A stretch of 64,000 nt of DNA from positions 85,270 through 149,269 of the forward strand of contig CAYGPK010000001.1 in the NCBI GenBank assembly GCA_964351975.1, read 5' to 3'. The DNA is from an uncultured Methanosarcinales archaeon. Lineage in GTDB: Archaea; Nanobdellota; Nanobdellia; Woesearchaeales; UBA583. This document shows, in pieces, positions 17,872 through 27,161 of the stretch (positions are counted from its first letter, which is position 1; every line of letters begins with the position of its first letter). The notes under the pieces were generated by a model. The model was not told the DNA's origin. It ran no database searches and was given only the letters and a program-made list of their open reading frames with translations. A program made the position numbers and the translations under genes.

Positions 17872-18455
17872 ATATGGTAAAAAAAGAAGAAAACAAAAAG
17901 AAATATTTAAAGAAAGAAGAAGAAGGAGTTAGCAAACAAACTAAATATATGAGTTATTTTATTATTTTTATTATGATTTTTAGTGTAGCAGGTTTTGCAA
18001 TTTTAAGTGGAGGAGGAGGTAGTTTAGGAAGTTCTGGCACTTCTACCACTAGAGATTTACCTTTACAAGCAGATGTTTTTCAAAATCCACAAACTGGAGA
18101 AACTTATTGGGGAGCAGTTCTTAATGGTGAGCAATTTATTTTCTTTAATGGAGTTGAGGGTTATGAATTAAGAGAGGATATGAAAGGGATTGCTTCACAA
18201 ATTAAAAGTACTGAGTTTGTTAATATTTATGTTGATCCAAATTATCAATCTTCTGATGCTATTTATGTTGTTGAGAAAGCTTTAACTGGTCTGGAAATTT
18301 CACATCAAAGAATTACAGGAAATTTGAGTTGTACACCTAATACTTTAGTATTTACAAATAATATGACTGTAGATGGAGATTGTATTGTATTTGTAAGTCC
18401 ACAGGGTGAAGAGTATTTAGAATCAGATGTATTAGTTTATCATTTAATCAAATAA
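17859..18455 (+). CDS. membrane-anchored secreted protein, unknown function
   Basis: K-rich N-terminus, TM segment (YMSYFIIFIMIFSVAGFAIL) and a G/S-rich linker. The start may be the ATG at 17874 rather than 17859. Confidence 0.45.
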   Translation: MGEINMVKKEENKKKYLKKEEEGVSKQTKYMSYFIIFIMIFSVAGFAILSGGGGSLGSSGTSTTRDLPLQADVFQNPQTGETYWGAVLNGEQFIFFNGVEGYELREDMKGIASQIKSTEFVNIYVDPNYQSSDAIYVVEKALTGLEISHQRITGNLSCTPNTLVFTNNMTVDGDCIVFVSPQGEEYLESDVLVYHLIK

Positions 18456-18573
18456 ACCTTTTTTCTGCGATTTCTACTAATCGATGTCACAAACACCGTT
18501 GTATCGAGTGGTTTGTTCCTAAGAAATCGAAAAAAGCTTTACCAAAAAAAGTTTTTAATTTATTTCACAAACC
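18435..18573 (+). repeat. second copy of the palindromic element (core 18459..18550), with degenerate flanking repeats
   Basis: The termini aaaccttttttc and aaaaaagctttaccaaaaaa and the loop CGTTGTATCGAG are the same as in copy A. Outer stem cttttttc-tgc-gatttc / gaaatcg-aaaaaag. Inner stem acaaac/gtttgt. Confidence 0.55.
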
Positions 18574-19363
18574 ATTCTTGAATATCTTTTAGTGAGTATA
18601 TTCTTTTTGCATTTTTTTCAACATCATGAACTTTTAAAAGCCATTCTTCTTTAGGGTGAAATGGAGTTTTCCCAAAGTAGAGTTCTTTTGGAAGTATTTT
18701 TCTAATTGCTGTTTCATTTTTGTAGTTGGTATATTTTATTTTTACTTCTTCTTTTGCAAAGATTAGTATTTCAGGTAAAAGTTCTTCAAATTTATGAAGT
18801 ATTTTATGAGGGTTTCCATCATTTAAAACTTCAATACTATGAAATCCCCAACTAACTGCAAGTGATTTAACATTAACTTTATGAGCTTCTTTTAAATCTC
18901 CAAGCGTGTCTGTTATGAATAAACATTCTTCTGGTTTTAGATTATAATCCTTGAATAGCATTTTAAATTTTTCAACTTTAGAAGGATGTGTTTCTCTACC
19001 CATTATACTCTCAAAGTTTTTTTTTAAATCTACACTTTCAAGATACTTTGTTATTTTATTATTTCCTCCACTTGTTATTACATGTAGTTTAAATCTTTTT
19101 TTAAGGTTAGTAATAGTTTCAAAGATTGGTTCGAAAAAATGTTCTTCTTTTTTAAATCTTTGATTATGTTCAGAATCAAAACTCTCCATTGGTATTGTAT
19201 TAGTTGAGGTTTTAGGATTTTCGTAGACATTACTATTATGTAAATCCCTATATTCTTTTTCCTTCATTTTAGGATGGAAAACTTTAACTACTTCGTAATT
19301 CAATTTATAAGTATTGGCAATTACACCATCAAAATCAAAAATGACAGCTTTTAAATTGGTCAT
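18560..19363 (-). CDS. HAD-superfamily hydrolase with a C-terminal extension
   Basis: N-terminal VIFDFDGVIANT (HAD motif I). Confidence 0.7.
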   Translation of the reverse strand: MTNLKAVIFDFDGVIANTYKLNYEVVKVFHPKMKEKEYRDLHNSNVYENPKTSTNTIPMESFDSEHNQRFKKEEHFFEPIFETITNLKKRFKLHVITSGGNNKITKYLESVDLKKNFESIMGRETHPSKVEKFKMLFKDYNLKPEECLFITDTLGDLKEAHKVNVKSLAVSWGFHSIEVLNDGNPHKILHKFEELLPEILIFAKEEVKIKYTNYKNETAIRKILPKELYFGKTPFHPKEEWLLKVHDVEKNAKRIYSLKDIQEWFVK

Positions 19364-19422
19364 TTTTGGTCACCACAAAATATATTTTGTGATAAGTCGA
19401 ATATAATTGCTTTTAGAACCAT

Positions 19423-21828
19423 TTACTTTTTAGCAACTTTTTTAGTTGTAGTTTTTTTTGTTGCTGCTTTTTTAGTAGTTGCTTTTTTGGTTGTTGTTTT
19501 CTTTGTTGTTTTTTTTGCAGCAGGTGTAACAGGATTTGTGTTCACTTCTCCATTTCTAATTTGCATCATTGTTTTACATTTTGGATAATTATTACATCCT
19601 AAAAATTCACCATAAAAACTTTTTCTTAAGACCATTTGACCTTCATTACAATTAGGACAAGTCATTCCTTCTTCCTTATATTTTTTTTCACCTAATTCTT
19701 TTTCTTCTTCTTCAGGTGTATCTGGGTTCAAACAAACTTTTCTATAATTACCTTCAGACTTACCTGCTAGAAACCAAATTTTTCCATCATCATCTGTTGC
19801 ATCTTCTTCAAGGCCTTTAATGTAATTTACTTGAGGTGCATTAAATATAGTTTTACACTCGGGGTATTTATCACATGCAATGAATTTTTTTCTTGTTTTT
19901 CTTGCAGTTTTTAAAACTAAAGTTCCATCTTCACAATTTGGACATTTTGCAATTTTAGCAGCTTCAAATCTTGCAAGTTTAGATGCATCTGCTAATTTTT
20001 TCCCAAGTTCAATTTCATTTTTTCTAATGTCAGTTAAAATTTTTGTTAATTTTTCTTTAGCAGAATTTAAAACTTTTTCAGGTGTTGATTTTTCTTGTCT
20101 AATTAATTCCATCTCATCTTCAAATTCTCTTGTTAACTCTTCTTCAACTAAAGTAGGCACTTCATCTGTTAGAACAGAGTCCATTTGAAGACCTAATTCG
20201 GTAACTTTTATTGATTTATCAACAATGTACCCTCTATCTTTTAATTGTTCTAATATTGTTGCCCTAGTTGCCTTTGTTCCTAGATTTCTTTTTTCAAGTT
20301 CTTTAATAATTGATGCGTCAGTGTATCTTTTAGGCGGAGATGTTTCTTTTTCAATTTCTTCAATTTCATTATTAACAACTTCTGTTCCTTGATCTAATTT
20401 TGGAAGCTGTATATCCTCAAATTTTAAATAAGGCTCATACAATTCATGCCAGTTTTTTTCAACAGTTCTTGTTCCTTTTAATACAAAATTGTGAGAGTTG
20501 ATATCAATTGTTATTGTGTTTGTTTCACGAATTGCATCTTCACCAAATACAGCGAAAAATCTTTTCACAATTAAATCATACAATCTTGAATCTTGAGGGT
20601 TTTCAAATTGTTTCGGAACTTCACCTGTTGGATGAATTGCAGGATGCGCAGGGTCATCTTTATTTCCTTCTTTAGGTTTTATGTTAGGATTTATTTTTAG
20701 AACTTTATCTACAAGTTCTTTGTATTTAGATTGGGATTTTAATTTTAGTAATTTATCTTTTAAATCAAGTTCTTTTGGTAATTTTTGTGAAGAAGTTCTT
20801 GGATATGAAGTTACACCTTCAATATATAATTTTTGAGCAATTTCAAGTGTTCTTTTTGGGGAGAGTCCAAGCATAGTTGATGCCTCCATTTGTAGGGATG
20901 TTAAATCAAAAGGATAAGGAACTGCTTGTTTGAATTTTTTTGCAGTTATTTCTTTAATAGTTCCATTTTTATTTTGTGTTTCTGAAACAACTTTTTGTGA
21001 GAACTCTTTGTTAAAAATTTTGTATCTATCTATTGTTTTTTTAACTTCTCCATCTTCATTTTCCTCGTCAAGTTGATGCTCTTTTGCAATGTCAAGAGGA
21101 AGTTCATATTGCGCCTTTATATTTACTGATTTACAATTTCCATCTAAATAAATCTCTGTAAATGATTCTGGTTGAAACGCTTCAATTTTTCTTTCTCGAT
21201 TTGCAAGAAAGTGAAGTGTTGGCGCTTGAACTCTTCCAGTTGATAGAACTTTGAATTGATTTGTTCCTTTTTTTATACTCTCAGTAAATGCCCTTGATAA
21301 ATTAATTCCATAATACCAATCTAAGGTATGTCTTGTTTCTCCTGCTTTTGCTTGACCCCACTCAAGATGTTTTTGTTTGTTTTCATATGATTTAATAAGT
21401 TCATTTTTAGTTAGAGTTGAGAATTTCATTCTATTTGCATCTTCACGACCTAAGGCATATCTTACAATATTTAGCCCAATAACTTCACCTTCAATATCAA
21501 AGTCTGATGCAATTGTTACTTCATCTGCTCCTTTTCCTAGATTAATTAAATTGTTAAGATAGTCTTTTGTATATGCCGCGGCTTTATTTGTTTTATATGT
21601 TGCTTTCCACTCTGTATTAAAAACAGGATACTCCCAACTTTCTCCACCTTTTTCTCCAAGTCCATATAAATGTCCAACTGCTGATGCTACAATTATTTTT
21701 TTACCGTTATGTGTTAATTCAAAATTGTTAACTTTATCTCTGGACTTTTTAGCAGAAGTATCTGCTAGTGCTTCTGCAATTTTTTGCGCTGCTTGTGGTT
21801 TTTCAGAAATGATTAACTCATAGGACAT
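19423..21828 (-). CDS. topA: DNA topoisomerase I (type IA) with C-terminal zinc ribbons and a Lys/Thr-rich tail
   Basis: Toprim N-terminus and the active-site motif GVTSYPRTSSQ. Two zinc ribbons (CPNCEDG...CDKYPECK and CPNCNEG...CNNYPKCK). Tail AAKKTTKKTTTKKATTKKAATKKTTTKKVAKK. Strong SD (aggagg) upstream. Confidence 0.9.
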   Translation of the reverse strand: MSYELIISEKPQAAQKIAEALADTSAKKSRDKVNNFELTHNGKKIIVASAVGHLYGLGEKGGESWEYPVFNTEWKATYKTNKAAAYTKDYLNNLINLGKGADEVTIASDFDIEGEVIGLNIVRYALGREDANRMKFSTLTKNELIKSYENKQKHLEWGQAKAGETRHTLDWYYGINLSRAFTESIKKGTNQFKVLSTGRVQAPTLHFLANRERKIEAFQPESFTEIYLDGNCKSVNIKAQYELPLDIAKEHQLDEENEDGEVKKTIDRYKIFNKEFSQKVVSETQNKNGTIKEITAKKFKQAVPYPFDLTSLQMEASTMLGLSPKRTLEIAQKLYIEGVTSYPRTSSQKLPKELDLKDKLLKLKSQSKYKELVDKVLKINPNIKPKEGNKDDPAHPAIHPTGEVPKQFENPQDSRLYDLIVKRFFAVFGEDAIRETNTITIDINSHNFVLKGTRTVEKNWHELYEPYLKFEDIQLPKLDQGTEVVNNEIEEIEKETSPPKRYTDASIIKELEKRNLGTKATRATILEQLKDRGYIVDKSIKVTELGLQMDSVLTDEVPTLVEEELTREFEDEMELIRQEKSTPEKVLNSAKEKLTKILTDIRKNEIELGKKLADASKLARFEAAKIAKCPNCEDGTLVLKTARKTRKKFIACDKYPECKTIFNAPQVNYIKGLEEDATDDDGKIWFLAGKSEGNYRKVCLNPDTPEEEEKELGEKKYKEEGMTCPNCNEGQMVLRKSFYGEFLGCNNYPKCKTMMQIRNGEVNTNPVTPAAKKTTKKTTTKKATTKKAATKKTTTKKVAKK

Positions 21829-22000
21829 TGTTTATTCCTCCTTGAGTTAATTGTCCAAAAATTCTATTTGCACATAAATTAAAATTTATGGCATGCCAAA
21901 AATAATTAATTTTTGAGCATTTGAGAATAATTAATTCGTAAGTCATATGTATATATTTTAGAAAGGTTTTTATAAAAGTTTGTCTTAGCAATAATATAAT

Positions 22001-22456
22001 ATGGTTGACTTTTATCATTATGATGCAAAAAATTTTGAAGGCAATGAAATAACTGTTACAATTGCAACTGGTCCAGTAATTATTGATAATTTAGGAAAAT
22101 ATTTATTACATAGAGCGGATAGTACGGGGAAATATCAATTTACAGGAGGAAGATTAGATGATACTAAAACTTCACAAGATAATGCAGTTTTTAGACCTTT
22201 TGAAGATTTAGGAGTTGAAGTTGAATTAGAAAAATCAATTAATCCTTTTGTTGTCTCAGATGAAATTGAAAGAAATGGAGTTAAAGAAACTTTAGTTTTA
22301 ATTCATTATTTAGCCAAACTAAAAAACAATTCTTTACCTGAAAAAGGAGAGTGGAATTGGTTTACTTTAGAAGAAATTATTGCAATGGAAAAAAGAAATG
22401 AAGTTTCCTCACCAAACATTAGGCTTGCTTGTGAACATTTTAGAGAGTATAATTAG
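22001..22456 (+). CDS. hypothetical protein, possibly a degenerate Nudix-like fold
   Basis: FTGGRLDD...FRPFEDLGVEV partially resembles a Nudix box but lacks the canonical glutamates. Confidence 0.35.
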   Translation: MVDFYHYDAKNFEGNEITVTIATGPVIIDNLGKYLLHRADSTGKYQFTGGRLDDTKTSQDNAVFRPFEDLGVEVELEKSINPFVVSDEIERNGVKETLVLIHYLAKLKNNSLPEKGEWNWFTLEEIIAMEKRNEVSSPNIRLACEHFREYN

Positions 22457-23124
22457 CTAAGTGTTAAATATAAATTACCTTTATCATATTCTTTTTTTTT
22501 TAGTTTAAAATTAGCTTCTTTACATAAATCAATTAGTTCTTTTTCTTCAAATAAATAATAATAACGTTCGAGTGTGATTGGAGATAGGTGATTTGAGACA
22601 TCAGTATAAGTGACTTTTACTTCTTGTTTTGAAATAAATTCAAATTTCTTTTTTTTAATTTGTTCTTCTATAAACTTTTTTTCTGGAAACCAATTTGATA
22701 AAAGTAGTTTTCCACTATCCTTTAGAACTCGTTTCATTTCCTTTAATGATTTTAATTGTTCTTCTTTTTTTAGCAAATGATGATGAGCTGCAATGCAGAT
22801 TATTATATCAAAAGAATTGTCTTCAAATGGAATATTTGTAAGCTCACCTTCAATTGCTCGAAATCCTTTTTCTTTAACAATTTTTAATTGTCCTTGGGAA
22901 TAATCGTAACCTGTTAAATTTTTATTTTTAAAATTTAAATTTTGGGCAAGTTCTAGAAACCTCCCCGTTCCACAACCAAGATCAATAAGAGAAAGTGATT
23001 TTGAATTTGAGAACTCAGATAAAAATTCTTCAACTGGTTTCCAAGTATATTTTCTTTTGGTATCCCAATTCTCAGAAATAGAATTATAAGTTTCTTTTGT
23101 TATTTTATTATAATCTAATTTCAT
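22453..23124 (-). CDS. class I SAM-dependent methyltransferase
   Basis: LSLIDLGCGTGRFLE (motif I) and DIIICIAAHHHL (motif II/III). Confidence 0.7.
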   Translation of the reverse strand: MKLDYNKITKETYNSISENWDTKRKYTWKPVEEFLSEFSNSKSLSLIDLGCGTGRFLELAQNLNFKNKNLTGYDYSQGQLKIVKEKGFRAIEGELTNIPFEDNSFDIIICIAAHHHLLKKEEQLKSLKEMKRVLKDSGKLLLSNWFPEKKFIEEQIKKKKFEFISKQEVKVTYTDVSNHLSPITLERYYYLFEEKELIDLCKEANFKLKKKEYDKGNLYLTLS

Positions 23125-23848
23125 TTGTTTTTCTATTTATATAATAATCAAGTATGATTTTAAGATTTACAATGTCTTCATAATTATATTTTAATAATTT
23201 TGCAAGGGCATTTGGATCTCCTCGTTTATATCTTCTCCAAAGTCTTACTGCTTCAAATCCATCAACTCCTAATAATTCATCTGGTCTTGTAATTCCTAAT
23301 TCTAACTCTATTTTTTTTAATCCTCCAGAGAGTCCAAATTCTTTTAACATCCATCTCAAATCTAAATGTATAATATCATATTTTTCTTTAAACTTATATT
23401 CAATAAATGGCATATCAAAAGTTTTTCCGTTAAATGTAACAATTATATCAAATTTTTTGAGATGTTCTTTAGCATCTTCTAAATCAATACCTTGTATATA
23501 GGATTTAGCAATTTCACCATCATAAATCCCAATCATAGTTATTTCATCAGTGTATCTTGAGAGTCCAGTTGTTTCAATATCAACAAATGCAATTTTACAA
23601 GAATTGTGTAGTCTCCAATGTTCATTTGAATCTAGTTTTTCACGAAAATATTTTAAGTTATTTTCTTCTAAATTTTGTTTTGAGAAGAAAAGTTCAGTTT
23701 TTATTTTATCTATTTTAGACTGAGGTAGAAAATTTATTTCTGAATGTTTTTCAAGAAATTGTTCCCAATTTTCTATATTGTTGTTCCATAGAAGTTTTTC
23801 AGTTTCTTTTGAAACTCCTTCAATATGGCAGAAAGTTTTATTTATCAT
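23108..23848 (-). CDS. RNase H-like/DEDD-type predicted 3'-5' exonuclease (YprB-like)
   Basis: IAFVDIETTGL and FNGKTFDMPF motifs. Overlaps the downstream methyltransferase by 17 nt. Confidence 0.6.
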   Translation of the reverse strand: MINKTFCHIEGVSKETEKLLWNNNIENWEQFLEKHSEINFLPQSKIDKIKTELFFSKQNLEENNLKYFREKLDSNEHWRLHNSCKIAFVDIETTGLSRYTDEITMIGIYDGEIAKSYIQGIDLEDAKEHLKKFDIIVTFNGKTFDMPFIEYKFKEKYDIIHLDLRWMLKEFGLSGGLKKIELELGITRPDELLGVDGFEAVRLWRRYKRGDPNALAKLLKYNYEDIVNLKIILDYYINRKTNEIRL

Positions 23849-23966
23849 TTTAATATATATAGTAAAAAAGATTTCTATTTAAAAGATTTGTTCATTATCT
23901 ATTTCGAAACCTTTAGTTTTAAAGTTATAAGTTAGTTTTATAAACTTTAATATAAAATATTTCTTT

Positions 23967-25193
23967 GTGGCTACAATAGATCCTTTAATGATTGGCATTG
24001 TGATAATTGCATTTTTTGCAGTTTCAATGACTCTTCTTCTTAAATATTTTAAAATGCCTTCAGTTGTTGCTTATATAATAGGAGGTGTTGCAATGGGGTC
24101 TTATGGATTTAATCTTATTCCTAATTCTAATTTTGTAACTCAATTAGGTTCTTTAGGTGTTCTTTTTCTTCTTTTTTTTATTGGAATGGAATTTGATTTA
24201 AAAAAAATAATCTCAAATTGGAAGATTACAGTTTTCGGAGTATTTTTTAAAGTATTATTTACTTTGATTTTTTTTATAGTATTGAGTTATTTTTTTTTAG
24301 GTTGGCCTTTCGGAAGATTAATATTCATTAGTTTTGTTTTAAGTATAAGTAGTACAGCAGTTGTTTTGAAAATTCTACAAGAAAGAAATGAACTTGATAC
24401 TTTAGTTGGTTCAAATGTTGTTAGTGTTTCTTTAGTTCAAGATATTGCAACAATTCCAATGATTGTTATTTTAAGCTTTTTTAGTTCAGAAGGAGTTGAG
24501 GCATCAAAGTTATTTTTACAAATTATAGGTGGGATGTTATTTATTGCAACTTTAATATTTCTAATAAAGAAAAAAAATTTTTCAATACCATTTGGAAAAC
24601 ACTTTAAAGATGATAATGATGTTCAATTTTTTGTTGCTCTTTTGTTTTGTTTTAGTTTCGGGATTATAAGTTTATTATTTGAACTCTCAGCAACACTAGG
24701 GGCTTTTTTAGCAGGATTAATTATTTCTGCAGGTAAAGAAACTAGTACTTTCAAATCAAATTTACATCCATTTTATATTTTATTTATGGCTTTATTTTTC
24801 ATTTCAATTGGACTTTTGATTGACTTACTTTTTATGTATGAAAATTTTAAAGTAATTATTTTTTTAGTTCTTTTCGTATTTCTCATCAACACACTTATTT
24901 ATGCAGTTATATTTAGATTGTTTAAAAGAAGATGGAAAACTAGTTTTTATGCAGGAGCATTGTTATCAAATATAGGAGAATTTAGTTTTGTACTCGCTGC
25001 AATAGGGCTTGAGGGTGGGATTATTTTTAATTATGGATACCAGATGACTATTGCAGTTATATCTTTATCATTACTTTTAAGTCCACTTTGGATTTATTTA
25101 ATAAAATATGTTATTGATTTTGATAACCTAAAACTTTCAGTTTTAAAAATTCCTAAAATTTCAAGAATTAGAAAATCCAAAATTAAAAATTAA
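23967..25193 (+). CDS. cation:proton antiporter (CPA2/Kef-type), paralog 1
   Basis: MPSVVAYIIGGVAMGSYGFNLI N-terminal Kef/NapA-type motif and ~12 TM segments. Confidence 0.75.
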   Translation: MATIDPLMIGIVIIAFFAVSMTLLLKYFKMPSVVAYIIGGVAMGSYGFNLIPNSNFVTQLGSLGVLFLLFFIGMEFDLKKIISNWKITVFGVFFKVLFTLIFFIVLSYFFLGWPFGRLIFISFVLSISSTAVVLKILQERNELDTLVGSNVVSVSLVQDIATIPMIVILSFFSSEGVEASKLFLQIIGGMLFIATLIFLIKKKNFSIPFGKHFKDDNDVQFFVALLFCFSFGIISLLFELSATLGAFLAGLIISAGKETSTFKSNLHPFYILFMALFFISIGLLIDLLFMYENFKVIIFLVLFVFLINTLIYAVIFRLFKRRWKTSFYAGALLSNIGEFSFVLAAIGLEGGIIFNYGYQMTIAVISLSLLLSPLWIYLIKYVIDFDNLKLSVLKIPKISRIRKSKIKN

Positions 25194-25237
25194 TCTTTTT
25201 AATTAGTTTTATAAACATATAAATTTAGTCTCATATT

Positions 25238-26485
25238 ATGGTAGGTTTAGATCCAATTATTTCTGCAACAGCAATTATAGCATTAGTTATTGTAATTGTT
25301 AGTATAATTTTAAAAGTATTAGATATGCCTTCAGTTGTAGGTTATATTTTGGCAGGAGTATTACTAGGATCTTACGGTTTTAATTTTATTACAAATATTG
25401 ATTTTATTACTCAATTAGGTTCAATTGGTGTTTTACTTTTATTATTTTTTATTGGAATGGAAGTTGATATAAATAAAATTATTTCTAATTGGAGAATTGC
25501 GGTTTTTGGAGTTTTATTGAAAATTTTTTTAACATTATTAATAATATTTGGGCTTAGTTATTTGTTTGTAGATTGGACTTTAGAAACAATAATTTTGATT
25601 AGTTTTGTTTTAAGTATAAGTAGTACTGCTGTTGTTTTGAAAATTTTACAAGATAGTAATGAGATGGAAACAAAAGTTGGTGCTAATGTCATTAGTATTT
25701 TAATTGTACAAGATATTGTTGTTATTCCAATGATTGTTATTTTGAATTTATTTAGTCCTGAACCATTAAGTACTTCTGAATTATTCTTACAATTAGTAGG
25801 AGGATTTTTATTTATTGCAACTTTGGTTTACATTTTAAAAAAAAAAGAAATCAAATTACCTTTTGGAAAATATATTAAAAAAGATACCGAAGTTCAATTC
25901 TTTATTGCACTTTTGTTTTGTTTTGGTTTTTCAGTATTTAGTGCTTGGTTTCACTTATCAGCAACTTTGGGAGCATTTTTAGCAGGAATACTAGTTTCAG
26001 CTGGAAAAGAGACTAGTTGGTTCAAAGAGAATTTACATCCATTTTATATTTTATTTATGGCTTTATTTTTCATTTCAATCGGTCTTTTAATTGATATTGA
26101 TTTTTTAATTGAAAATATTAATATTATCGTATTTTTACTTTTATTTACATTTTTGATAAATACTATTTTATATTATTTTATTTTCAGATTATTTAAAAGA
26201 GGCCCAAAAGCAAGTTTATATGGTGCAAGTTTACTTTCTCAAGTTGGAGAATTTAGTTTTATACTTGCAGCAGTTGGTCTTGCAAACGGTATGATTTTAA
26301 ATTACTCTTATCAAATTTCAATATTAGTAATTTCTTTATCATTATTATTTAGTCCACTTTGGATTGGTATAATTAAATATTTGATTGGTTTTGATAAGAT
26401 GAGATTAGTAAAAATCAAATTTCCAAATACTAAAAATTTAAAAGATAAGTTGAAATTTAAATCTGGAAAGAAAGCTGAGAGTTAG
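25238..26485 (+). CDS. cation:proton antiporter (CPA2/Kef-type), paralog 2
   Basis: Collinear with the previous gene (MPSVVGYILAGVLLGSYGFNFI ... HPFYILFMALFFISIGLLID identical blocks). Confidence 0.75.
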   Translation: MVGLDPIISATAIIALVIVIVSIILKVLDMPSVVGYILAGVLLGSYGFNFITNIDFITQLGSIGVLLLLFFIGMEVDINKIISNWRIAVFGVLLKIFLTLLIIFGLSYLFVDWTLETIILISFVLSISSTAVVLKILQDSNEMETKVGANVISILIVQDIVVIPMIVILNLFSPEPLSTSELFLQLVGGFLFIATLVYILKKKEIKLPFGKYIKKDTEVQFFIALLFCFGFSVFSAWFHLSATLGAFLAGILVSAGKETSWFKENLHPFYILFMALFFISIGLLIDIDFLIENINIIVFLLLFTFLINTILYYFIFRLFKRGPKASLYGASLLSQVGEFSFILAAVGLANGMILNYSYQISILVISLSLLFSPLWIGIIKYLIGFDKMRLVKIKFPNTKNLKDKLKFKSGKKAES

Positions 26486-26645
26486 GTTAATTAAAAAATT
26501 ATTCTTTTCGTTAGTTTTATAAATTATTATTCACATATATATACTATGTCAAAAGAGAAAAAAGTTATTGAAGAAATGGAAAAAGTTGCAGAGATTGCAT
26601 TTGATTCTATTCCTGAAGTTATGAAGGATTTATCAAATCTTTAGT

Positions 26646-27161
26646 TTATCTTTTATATTCTCTAATTTTACCTGTTTTTAAAAATTCTTTAATTTCATTA
26701 AATTCGTAATAATTTCCTTCTCGAATTCCAATCATCATTTTAGCATCCATTTTAGAATATCTATCAACAAAGAATTTAGAGATGTTTAGAGCATTATCTA
26801 TATACCCTTTTTTCTCATCAAAAATCAGAAAATAACTTGCTGATAAAAATGCTGTTCTTCTATTCGCACTTGAAAATGCGTGCGCTTGAACAATTTTTAT
26901 TAAAAGTTCAGTTACTTTATCATATTTATCTCCCTTTTTATTTAGATAGGAAATAATTGCATTTTTTAATTTTAGGGAACTTTTACATTTATAAGAATCA
27001 CCTTTGTGACCCCAGTTATGTTCTTTTGACATTTTAATAACTGTTTTATTTAAGTTACAAATTGCTTTTTCATAAATATGAACTAATTCTAATTTATTCT
27101 TATCTTCTAAAAATAATTCTTTCGAGTCAAAGAGAAGGGGAAGCTTTGTTTTCTTCCCCAT
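26646..27161 (-). CDS. Fic/Doc-family protein
   Basis: Core motif HAFSSANRRTAF (HxFx[DNS][AG]N[KR]R). The start codon lies inside the last 35 nt of thrS. Confidence 0.55.
   Translation of the reverse strand: MGKKTKLPLLFDSKELFLEDKNKLELVHIYEKAICNLNKTVIKMSKEHNWGHKGDSYKCKSSLKLKNAIISYLNKKGDKYDKVTELLIKIVQAHAFSSANRRTAFLSASYFLIFDEKKGYIDNALNISKFFVDRYSKMDAKMMIGIREGNYYEFNEIKEFLKTGKIREYKR

Noticed and set aside
26546-26643. 32-aa ORF (MSKEKKVIEEMEKVAEIAFDSIPEVMKDLSNL) as an antitoxin for the Fic/Doc gene
   Set aside because: It is on the opposite strand and convergent with the Fic/Doc gene, so it is not an upstream co-transcribed antitoxin. It may still be a real small protein, but there is no supporting evidence.
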